Assembly (NCBI GenBank): GCA_043228905.1
Contig: JBHGNT010000004.1
Coordinates: forward strand, 2,418,001 to 2,482,000
From: Azolla caroliniana
Taxonomy: Eukaryota; Plantae; Polypodiophyta
DNA: 64,000 nt
Direction: 5' to 3'
Below, piece by piece: positions 1-10,879 of this stretch (within the stretch, counting starts at the first letter, position 1; each line of letters starts with the position of its first letter). The notes under the pieces were generated by a model. That model did no database searches. It saw only the letters and a list, made by a program, of their open reading frames with translations, and had not been told where the DNA came from. The position numbers were made by a program, and so were the translations under genes.

Positions 1-473
1 TCATAGTTATATTTTGTAGTTGTGCAAAGTTTTTTCACATTTGTGTGTGGAATGATATATTAATGAAAGTGGTATATTTATGTATTGTATAGCATTAATA
101 TTTTTACGAGAAAGCAAAGTGTGGTACTGGTGACTGATATTGTTCCCAGAAACCCCAACAATTATAAACCCTACAAACAACCTATATCTGTTAAACTGTC
201 AGCCATAGCACTAACCTTGCATGACTCATCTTTCCTTGGGTAAGGGTGGGTCATCTACATATTTTGGAATTGGATTCTTCTTGTTTTGTAAAATTTTCTT
301 TTCTTACCAAATATGTAATACAAATTTAATGTTAGCTATTTAATGAAGTAATTGGCATGACTTTGAATTATTAGAAATATCGGTTAGATTAATGTTTTAA
401 TACTTGTAATATATGTAGTTGGTTTAGATGGCCAACTAATTTAGGCAAGCATGTAATATTGGGAATTGTGCCT

Positions 474-1940
474 CACCTATCCCTAGGCAATATTCTTATA
501 CAATTTACCGTCAGATCTTTTCTGATTTGGAAGTCAAAACGTTGTCACGAAGTTTCGTGCGCGTGTTACTCGAGCGGGACCATAGGGGTCCCAGTCTAGG
601 GAGCAAGAAGGGATGGAGAAGGATGGAGTTTTGCTAATCGATTAAGACTACTTGCCATGCAAGGGTTCGTTGCCCCTTTTGTGGGCGTGGCTTTCGTTGA
701 CAACGACTCGTCGGGCTTTTGAGTTCACCGAACGAGTGAACAGATGGGTACACGAGTGAACGAGATTGCAAACACGAAAAAAAAAACACAAACGAATGCT
801 CATACACCTTTATGTGGAAAGGAGGTGCATGGGCATATACGAAATGCTCCCTCGTCAGAAGGCGGTCGAACATACAAAGAAGACACAAAACACACACACA
901 AATGCTCGTGAGCCTTTATGAGGAGGAGAGGTGCATGGGCATGCCCGAAACGCGCCCTCGTCACTAGACGGCTGAACGTACAAGGGGACGAGAATAAAGA
1001 AAGAAAACACGAATGATATTGGCTAAAGAAAGAAAAAAATAAAGGTGTGTTCCATTCCAACACAAGAGTGCCCTTTATAAAATAGGATTGGATTACAAGA
1101 AAGAAGTTAGGAAGAAGGGGGGGGGTTACAAAGTGGCAACTTCTAGTTAGTCACAAGCTCAACAAAACACAAATAGTGAATGCCCTTTGAGACGAGAGTA
1201 AATTGAAACACCGAGCACAAACATGAAGAAGACAAGCACGACGAGCACACGGGCACGCAAACACCACCACCAACACGAAGAAGATGAGCACCATGACAAA
1301 GAGGGGATTAAAGGGTATGAAAAAAGTTAAAGTAAGAGTTTCTCCCCACAACGACGAAGATGAAGATGAAGAGCTGTCAAACGAAAATGGCGATAGTCTC
1401 CTCCTCCGAAAAAAGTCCTCCCCTAAAATGAGCCCCCTCGACCTCCTTTTATAGGAAAAAAGGGGGGGGGGGGGCACCTTTGTATTTAATGCAAGAAAAG
1501 GAGTAAGTCTCCTAAAATTATGCTGAACCATCAAATTTGATTCAAATTGTGCACCTCTAGCTCAAGATTAATGGCTCTAACCACTTAACTATAACCCTCT
1601 CTTAAATAATGGTTAACTCTATATTTATAAATACATGGTGTCTCCTGCTCTCTCCTACTTTTCATTTCTCCTCTCTCTTACTTTTCCCACCGTCACGATT
1701 TTCTGTGCCTCATGTGCACCCTTCATTTTCCATTTCTTTTGCACCATTTTATTTGTGCATGTGCACAAACAATTGCCCTTTCGTGCACGCACATTGCACA
1801 TTCGCACTGCAGCCCTTGTCCATCGGTTTTTCCCACACTAAGCGCACCACATCATGACAACGTGGCCGCCCATTATCTAAATACACTCTAAACATTGCAT
1901 TGGGAAGTGATTCTGTAAATGTATCTTCCATGTCAATAAG
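474..1940 (-). pseudogene. infA: Plastid infA (translation initiation factor 1) nuclear copy, decayed and split by a solo LTR
   Basis: Minus strand 1940-1860 reads [24 protein letters not shown]. After removing 543-1859 it continues VLT-SKSEKI*R..IRILPRDR at 542-476. This matches plastid InfA ([43 protein letters not shown]). A stop and frameshifts are present. Confidence 0.85.
543..1859 (-). mobile_element. Solo LTR (~1.3 kb), probably Gypsy
   Basis: Termini are TGTCA...TGACA, with ACGT duplicated on both sides. It interrupts the infA remnant cleanly. There is a TATAAAA on the minus strand at ~1451 and an internal ~113-bp degenerate duplication at ~785-985. Confidence 0.8.
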
Positions 1941-4133
1941 GTAGGCTATGATATGGACCTAGATGTATCTGTATGATATTTTAGATTAATTTCAGATATG
2001 GCTTGTTGGGTAACGAGGAGCGATTGCAATGTGGGGAACCAACACTTCGAATACTGGGTTGGCTAGGCCATGTTGGTGATCGTGGCATTTAGTATTAACT
2101 AGGCTCTTGGGGAGGGGAGTATGTGTACGGTAATACCAAGCTAGACATATTTTGGGTATGGCTTGTATAAAATATAACAAGTTGGAATATGCATGTAATA
2201 TTGGGCACGCCAAGACCTACATTTAACATCGACTTGGATTCACATGGCATCTAGTATTGGGGAATGGATACATATAATATATTGTATGTGAACTGTGTTC
2301 ATCCATGTACCAAAAGTGTAATTGTTGCCATATTGTTTCTTGCGATATCTCAATTTGTAAATGATATACATTCGCCCATGAACGAATAGTTTGTATTATT
2401 ACATTAAAATATGGTCTAAATTTACTATACCCAAGTTTTGGTGCATTGACATTAACTTTTTTCAACTGCCCGAGATGACAGAAGGAATGCAAGGTAATGT
2501 GGAGGTAAACATGTTAGTTATCACACTACTCTTCAAAAAAGTAGATTCACAATTTGAGTGTTTCTTAAAGGGTGAGAGAGAGAGAGAGAGAGATTCCAAG
2601 GATATGAATTTGTCCCTCTAAGTAATTGAGCTTTTGTCTAGTTATTTGTATCCATCACATGACCCTCACAAACAATGATGGAATAAATAAGAGCTGAGGA
2701 ATATATTTAGTAATTTTACTAACTTACAAAGTACTACACTAAAGTTTCACAAAGATACCAAAGTGTCAAGCATTTGTGTGATATGCCACTCTCTCATTAC
2801 TTAGTGGAATTTGTGAAGTTTCATACAATGAGGTGAAGGTGAAATAAAAACAAAAGAAGATAATTACTTGTAGTGAAAAGAGGTCTATATAACCATAACT
2901 CACGAAAAGATGAAGATTGAGTAGCTTATTATAATCGAAACAAAACCAAGAGGTCAAGAAGCTTTTCATTAAACTAGGCCCCTCATGGAAGCTACAAAGG
3001 GACGATACCGATAATAGAGGGAGAAAATGCATGAACTGTCCAAAACTAGACGTAGTAAGCATTGACTTGAAACAACAAGTTGCTCCTTGTCGAGACAATA
3101 GGGAAGCAATAATATGCATGGATTCTTCGTGTGATAGATGGCGAGGGTTATCATGGAGAGGGAGATAGACAAGCAAAAAGGAGACATCAATTTTAATGAA
3201 GATCAAGACCCACCACCCTCCTTTTTTGTGTGTGGGGGGGGTGGGGGGAGTTGGGACAAGTTGATGTCCAAAACGTATTCATTCTTCTTCTTCTTGTTCT
3301 TCTTCTTCACATCTCTGGCAAATAACAATGTTGTAAATTTAGATTACAAATCCACGATGCTCTTAGACAATCCTACAATGTATTTAGATTATAGTTTTTT
3401 AAAATCAATTGTGTGGAGCTAAAGTTTTAAAGATTTGGTGGTGGATGAAGTTGATGCCATGTGGAATGCATTAGCTGCATTGCATTTGTTCTAGACGAAA
3501 GTCAAGATTAAGTTCAATCAATGTTGTATTTGTCGATCACTTGATGTGGGTGATATATTTGTGTGTTGATTGTTGGTTTCACAACTAATTTCTAGATGAC
3601 ATTTTGCTCTTGTGACCTTTGAAATATCAAATAGGACCAATATATCCAAGTTATCCTTCCATGTTATTTAGTGTTAGCTGTAGATAGATACGTGGTATAC
3701 TTGTATTTAAGAATTTGTTAGGCATGAGCACATGGATGGATATAAGTACATACATTTGTAAAGATGCAAAAAATGAAGAAGTTTTCGCTTTGTGGCACCA
3801 TTGTTTACCCCATCAAAAGCACAAGTAAGCCGCTATGGTGCCCTTCTTCTTCTTCTTCTTCTTCTTCTGGAGATGTATTGAGTGAATAGGTTTGCGTATG
3901 TATTCTTACATGTGTGTTATACATTACAACAAAAGTTTGTATGCTATTCACTCAATACATTATATTGGTATTGATATACATACATACAATAATGTATGTA
4001 TGTATATCAATTCTGGCCTCTTTAAAGACATTATAAGATAAATGTATATCTTCCTTTCTTTCTCTCGGCATACACATCCATATACATATACATGTCCATA
4101 TGCATATACATATCCATATACACATACATATAT

Positions 4134-4630
4134 AGAAAGAAAGAAATATTAACGTTCTTCTAAGGCCAAAATTGGCCGATGAGACAATTGGTTTACAACA
4201 AAAATGGGATATTTACCCATTTATCAAAAGTAAAAATAAAAAATAAAATAAAATAAAATAAAAATAGAGCTTAATCTAAATAGTTCTAGTAAAATAACAA
4301 TTATGTTCTATAAAAAACATGGCTTTATACTAGGCCTAGTTTCATTTCCATCCAAGTCTCTGGAAAAGAAGTGGGAGGTCAAAAGTTTTCGATGTGGATG
4401 TGGTCTGTGGTCCTAATGTAAAAGGTACCCCAACCGTAGCTTCTAGTCGGTGTAGCTCATATTCCCTTATTTTCTTAATCGTTTCTACTCCACGTCACGT
4501 CGAGTTGTTTCAAAGCCCAACGTCCGAGGGCGTTTGGTTGTTCTTTGCATTTTTCTGCTTCCTCAAGGGAGAGGCCGAGTGGCGTAAATGTATCCCACAT
4601 TCAACGTCTCCCCCGGTGTGTTCCAGAAGA
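4134..4630 (-). mobile_element. 5'-truncated dispersed repeat (probable non-LTR retroposon 3' end, (TTTC)n tail)
   Basis: Homologous to 52605-53300. It shares the TTCTAAGGCCAAAATT..GGCC.ATGAGACAATTGGT end and the decayed ORF tail (GVE.IKKIREYELHRLEA). Confidence 0.65.
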
Positions 4631-5067
4631 ATCGCACTAGTTACAAGTTGATGAATAGTAAAAGGGTTAATGGTTAACAATTTGTAATTTATTCTCCCTA
4701 TGTTGTTTTAGCTCTAAGATATACATACCTAGGCTCTTTATACTGGGGTGGGGGTATCTAATAATAGTTCGGAGGGGGTCCTAATATGTCTTGTTATTCC
4801 GCCCTTATCTCTGCATATAAGTTAAGTTGGACAGTTACTTGCATGTAACATGTAAAGTGATACTCATCCTCTACCTCTATTGTATTCGAGATAACCTACG
4901 TAGTTTAGTTTGATTGAGAGAGAGAGAGAGAGAGAGAATCTGTTCATCATCGTCATCACCTCCACCACCACCATCAGAATTGAATAGAATAGAATTGTGT
5001 GAGAAGAAGGAGAAGAAGAAAGAAGATTCAGTGTTAGAAGAAGAATTTAGAAGAAGAAGGAGCAGCT

Positions 5068-8000
5068 ATGGCGGTTGCCACCCAACTTCTGAACAATGGG
5101 TCTACTACAATCCCATTGCTTGGCTTGGGAACTGCTGCCTCTTCTTCTTCTTCTTCTTCTTCTAGCACCCATCATACCCTCATCAAATCTTCCATCACAA
5201 CTGCCATTCAGGTACAACACATACCATCCATACACATACATTACACATTACACATACATTACCTACATAAAATGACATACATTACATACATAACCCTAAC
5301 CCTAACCCTAACCCTAACCCTAACCCTAACCCTACATACATCATCTCGTTCGCCCTCAACAATCCCTAAAACTAAAACCCTCCTAACTTCAACGACACTC
5401 ATGGACCTTAAATGAAGCAATCTTCCCTCCACTCCCATGCCCAAGATTAACCCTAACCCTAATCCTAATCCTCACCCGAATGAATCCCTTAACCTCCGTA
5501 TAATATGCCAATCCAAGTCCTAAGCCATCCACTCTCCCTAGGTAACCTTTGTAACCCTAAAAGCTTAGGCCTAATGCGAAACAAACCCCAACCCTAACGC
5601 TAGGTCAACATAAAAACCCTATATATTGCCAGGCCTAACTGATTCTCACCAAACCTAACCCTAAAATCTAATCTTACATATACGCTTGTGTGTGTGTGTG
5701 ACTGACTGACTGTACGTCTAAATTTCTGGGTTTTGTATGTGTAGGTGGGCTATCGACACATCGACACAGCAAGCGCCTATGGAAGCGAGGCAGCCATTGG
5801 CGAAGCCCTATCTGAAGCATTTCAATCAGGTCTGGTCCGACGTGAAGAAATGTTCATTACATCTAAAGTCTGGTGCTCTGAGGTGGATGATGTGCTCTCT
5901 GCAATTAAGAGGAGTTTGAGGTACTGTCATGAGATGGAGATTCAATCGTCTGTTTCATTGTCCTAGAGAGATTTTACTCCTGAGAATTGAAGGGTTGGAG
6001 AGACTCATTGATTATGCTTACAATCCATCACTGCCTGCTTGTCAGACATCAATTCACTTCTGAAAATCAGTTTAGCTCGATTTCCTTGTTATTTCCTTTT
6101 ATAATATGGAAATGGAGCTCATTAATTAGGTTTTAATCTTTAAAAGGCCTTTCGCTTAATAATCTAGCTTTCAAAGAAGCAACATATATGGAGGAGGCGT
6201 CTTAGGGTTTTTCTTTTCTTTTTCAAACTCACATTGTGACTACATATCCTGAGGATATCTGTAGATTATGGAGGCGTCTTAGGGTTTTTCTTTTCTTTTT
6301 CAAACTCACATTGTAACTACATATCCTGAGAATATCTGTAGACTATGGAGGCGTCTTAGGGTTTTTTCTTTCTTTTTCAAACTCACATTGTGACTACATA
6401 TCCTGAGGATATCTGCAGATTATAGAGGCGTCTTAGGGTTTTTTCTTTCTTTTTCAAACTCACATTGTGACGACATATCCTGAGGATATCTGCAGATTAT
6501 GGAGGCGTCTTAGGGTTTTTCAGTGAAATAAATTCCATGGCTCATCAATCGTTCGTTGTATAGTATAATACCTGGTATAATTTAATCATCTTTCGTTACA
6601 GCAGATCTTTAGGGCTGGAGTACTTGGATCTGTACCTCATACACTGGCCTCTGAGGTACACCATACGGGTCCTGAAGAGGCCTAAGCCAGAGGAAATACA
6701 ACCTTTGGATATCCACAGTACATGGCGAGCGATGGAAGAATGTGTGGAATTAGGGTTAGCGAAAGCGATCGGCGTCAGCAATTTCTCCTCCAAGAAAATC
6801 CGGGATCTACTGAAAACAGCCAAAATCGTTCCTGCAGTAAATCAGGTGATCTACTACTACTACTACTACTGCGCCACGTTTCCATCGCTAATGCTAAGCA
6901 TTTTCTTCTGCTGTAAGTCTGGTTTAGGGTTTTCATTCTGCTAAGGATACTATACAAATATATGTAATGTGCAGATCCAAATGAACCCTAGGCGGCATCA
7001 AACGCATCTCAGAAAGACTTGCAGTGAAGCCAATATTCATGTCAGTGCTTGGGCGCCCCTGGGAGCTCCAAAGCAAAATTGGGGCTCTCATGAATTGCTG
7101 GAAGACCCTGTCATCGAGGAAATATCGATCAAGCATGGCAAAACCCCAGCTCAGGTTTGACCCTAAACATGTGGACAGATATAATGGATGAAAGAAACCG
7201 TTGGAACCATTAAAAATGCGGAGAAAATGTACAGAAACCCTAAAACGAGCCGTGGTTTTACTGTGTTTTTTCCAAATTTTTTACTAGCAGACCTTGTAGT
7301 AGAGGAATCATTATGGTTGCATTTATAAGTCCAGGGTAATTATTTGTGGCCGAAAACTCTGGAATTATCGGTTAATGCTGGCAATATGATTAAGATGTAG
7401 AATGACGGAAACGAAAACAGATTGCAAAGAGTTAGCGAATTCTCACTTTTAAATCCTTAAAATGCATGTTCTCGGATCAAATTTGAGGCTCTTAAATCAC
7501 ATGCAAAGAAAGGTAATAATGTTCGCATCCGTGGAAGCAGGCATGTTTTCTAATTACAACAAATAAGATTCTGACAATCCTGGTTAGGATAATTAGACGA
7601 CTTTCTAATTTTACTGAACAATTACGGTTCTAAAATTTCCCTTCATTCCTTAATTATGATAATTCGATATATAATCTCTTTCATCGAATATACTTCTGAA
7701 TATGATTAGAAGCTTTGATTAGATTCTAACGGAAGTATCTACTTGCGGTTTTTACAGTAAATGTAACAGTTCTTTTTAAATGTCTAAATTAGCACACACA
7801 GCTATATCTAGGCAAATTCTCGCTTTTAAAAGAATTGAACATGGTGTGTTATTATAATGTAATGATCCTAAGTGATATAAATTAGACTATAGAGGAAGCC
7901 TTCCTCTATAATCTAATTTATATCGCTTATAATCAATCACCATGAATGTGATGAATGGATTCACATATTTTGCTACCTTCTGATAGGTGTTATTGAGATG

Positions 8001-8205
8001 GGCATTGGAGAAAGGCGTCAGTGTGATTGCAAAGAGCTATAACAAAGAGAGAATTATTGAGAACTCGCAGATTTTCGATTGGAAGCTTACTGATGAAGAT
8101 CATGAGAGGATTGCTACAATAAAGCAATATCCCACTTTACCAGCACCCTTCTTAGAGGATGGAAATATGTATGGTGATTTAGGGTTCTGGGACGGAGGAG
8201 ATTAA
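5068..8205 (+). CDS. Aldo-keto reductase, plant AKR4-like (chalcone/codeinone/galacturonate reductase group), ~319 aa
   Basis: Exons 5068-5211, 5745-5920, 6605-6845, 6975-7154 and 7987-8205, all GT-AG, 960 nt in frame. Motifs: [61 protein letters not shown]. The catalytic D/Y/K/H tetrad is intact. Confidence 0.93.
5291..5332. repeat. (TAACCC)7 telomere-like array in AKR intron 1
   Basis: Seven perfect TAACCC units, with degenerate AACCCTAA copies scattered to ~5665. Confidence 0.95.
6190..6520. repeat. 77-bp minisatellite, ~4.3 copies, in AKR intron 2
   Basis: Unit starts at ~6190, 6267, 6344, 6421 and 6498. Each full unit holds TTAGGGTTT and the palindrome ATATCCT-G-AGGATAT (one mismatch in unit 2). 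Confidence 0.95.
7869..7929. repeat. 30-bp-arm inverted repeat with 1-nt spacer in AKR intron 4
   Basis: TAAGTGATATAAATTAGACTATAGAGGAAG-c-CTTCCTCTATAATCTAATTTATATCGCTTA, with 2 mismatches. Confidence 0.9.
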
Positions 8206-10531
8206 ATTCCGAATGGCAATATTATTCTGGATGTGTGAAAGCTCGATCATTCATTCATTTCGAAAAGAAAGAAAATCATTCATTCCTTTCTGCTTTCATC
8301 ATCCGGATAATCAATTATGCAAGGAAAATCATTTCTTTCCAGTTTTACAGCATGCATTCAATAGATGTTCCGTAACGTATAAAGTAGCCTTGGCTGTAAT
8401 ACTAAAAAACAAATGTGAAGGGTATTACCTAAAATCGGTCTTTCCATATCTCCTCAATGAAAAACAGATAAAAAGAGAGCAAATGATCTGGTGAAGATAA
8501 TTGATCCAGAAATTGAACTGTTTTGCAAAATGTGATCCAATTTACAAATTATTAATTGGCATAGAGATCTGGTACCTGATCCTTCTCCTTGTCACTTCAT
8601 CGTGATGAAAAAAATATTTTAAATACAGTTTTTAATGCAGCTTTATAATCACCAGTTTCCATAACCATAGAAGGCATGTCGAGTTGATTGAGGGTTGAAA
8701 GTTTAACTGTAAATTTATGAAGAAGTATCAATGTACCTTATTAAATGATGTTTTTAATCAAAATATAATCTAAAATAAAAGTTGTGAACGCCCAAACATG
8801 TGCACTCAATTAATGGTCAGAATACAGTTGATTCCAATATAACAATGTGATCTATCTAGCAATGAAACTGACTAGTGCATTATAATGGTATATACCTCTT
8901 TGAAAGCAACAGTTACCTTGCATATGAAGAAGGTTTGATTCTCCATTGCGAAGTAACTAACCTACATTGTAATTTGTGTCACAAACTCGATCATATTCTG
9001 ACGTGATATCTAGTGAAGAGGAAAGGAGAAAAATATGTGATAACAATTCAGAAGATTTCTCCATCAATCCTATAATAAATAAATAAAAATGCACATGGAA
9101 GTATCAATCAGTCAATCAATCAGCATATCCTTGTTCTATTATTGCAAGTGCCAAGGAATACACATCAGGATTGACTTCGATCTAGAGCATTGAAATCCTC
9201 TGACTATATATATAATCAACTTCACTATTTGGACCCACGTTATCAATTGCATATGCTCAATGCTCATATTGTATTTGGTTTGGGGTTGAATTAAAGTATA
9301 CAACCATATACATATGTAGTACTAGTAAGTAAAAATAAAATTCATATTGTTTTGGTAGAAAACAAAAATAAATAAAAAATATTAAGAGGAAATCTCTCCT
9401 ACACTTCTTACATTAAATGTAGTCATTACTCAAATAAATTTAATGTACGCTGAATCATTTATAATGACTTGATATAATTTCTACATGTACTTAGATAGCT
9501 TTATAAGTGCCATTTCCACGTTATCAATGGTCATGCATGCACTAAACAGATAATTTTATATAAGGAACTCACATCGAAAATGTGAGAAATATCAATAAAA
9601 GCATATCATGAGTGACATTGTATTTGACAAATAATATGAAGTTATTTTATGCCAAATGCCAAATGAGAAAATGAAGAGCTTAAAATATGTGTCACGTGTG
9701 CGTTCAGCCACTAAAATCATGATACAATTGCTCAACTTCTCAAAAAACAAATCAATGAGTTATTTACAAATAATAGTTGTGAAACTCTTGAATAATAAAT
9801 TAGTTGGGACTCCAAGTAAAGTTAGTTATATGTTTGTTTTGGATAATAAACATAAGTTATTTTCAATCGTGACATAAAATATTTGGTTGGCCATGTTAAT
9901 CATTTAGGTCAATTTGATATGAGTGTAAATGAAATGTGAGAAATTTGTTTGTGTTTTAGAAAAACCAAAATTATAAATATGTGGCTTGTGTTGCAAAACT
10001 AAACTCATAAGACCTATAAAGCTATTAAGAGACATCTTAGTATCCTCCTAAGTTTTTGTGAATATGGATATTTGATGACTATCACAAGAGCCAGCAAATG
10101 TAAGATGCATGTATTTCGCTCTCTTTATTGATGATTTTTCTTGCGTGATTTGGATATACTTGATGAAAAATAAAGGTAACGTGTTTCCAAAAATCTCTTG
10201 AGTTCATATCCATAGGTGAGAATCAATATAGAAGAAATGGAAGGTGAATCCACCAATTGAAGAGGTTGAGGAGGACTGGATCTTGTATGTGGTTGAAGGC
10301 AAGCCTCTCGAGTGCTTAGAATGGGATCCCGCTGAATACATGTGGAAGGGAGAACAAGTTAAATCATTAGGTTTCTTCGAATACTCGAAGCACTTGGGGA
10401 GAAAGTTAGGTTGGTATCATGAGTTTCAGGAATAGTACTAAAACAGAGAAAGAATTAGTACTAGAGAAGGGAAGTACTATTGGTACTAAGGGGACAGGAC
10501 TACGTAAGACTCCCGAAAGGGAGGAAAGAGA

Positions 10532-10581
<50 letters not shown>

Positions 10582-10709
10582 GATAATAGATGATATATTA
10601 TAGGAAGAGTAAGTACAAGATGGCTATGAGGCTTAAGACTGGCGTTGAACCAATTTGGTTCAACATAATGCCTAGTGCCTTCTTTTATAGTGTTCTCAGG
10701 AGAAATCCT

Positions 10710-10727
10710 GAAGCTTCTAGAATGTTC
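10710..10727. promoter_or_regulatory. Heat-shock element (4 perfect alternating nGAAn units) in LTR
   Basis: GAA-gc-TTC-ta-GAA-tg-TTC, identical at 15192-15209. It lies ~20 bp upstream of the minus-strand TATAAAA. Confidence 0.7.
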
Positions 10728-10803
10728 CAGAGAAATTTGGAATATACATTAATTTCCTATAATAAAACTTAAATCAAAATAATATTTTACATATTACAAT
10801 AGA

Positions 10804-10858
10804 TGGTATAATGGTCAAGAGCTCGACCCATATAACATAAGGTCATGGGTTCGAGTCT
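10804..10858 (+). promoter_or_regulatory. tRNA-like Pol III A-box/B-box module at the LTR end
   Basis: TGGTATAATGG (10804) and GGTTCGAGTCT (10848) start 44 nt apart, as tRNA positions 8 and 52 do. It does not form a complete cloverleaf. Confidence 0.55.
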
Positions 10859-10879
10859 TGCCATATCATGACATTATCT

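Larger units (their letters stand above)
10424..10873 (-). repeat. 3' LTR of Gypsy element 1
   Basis: Reads TTTCAGGAATAG...ATCATGACA on +. It matches 14920-15299. Confidence 0.92.

Noticed and set aside
6190-6520. CRISPR-like array
   Set aside because: The units are contiguous with no unique spacers, and this is a eukaryotic intron with no cas genes.
10590-10772. Duplicated 60-aa ORF (also at 15072-15254)
   Set aside because: It is an antisense ORF inside the two LTRs, so the LTR duplication explains it.
10797-10870. Functional tRNA gene
   Set aside because: The acceptor and anticodon stems do not pair properly. It is reported only as a tRNA-like promoter module.
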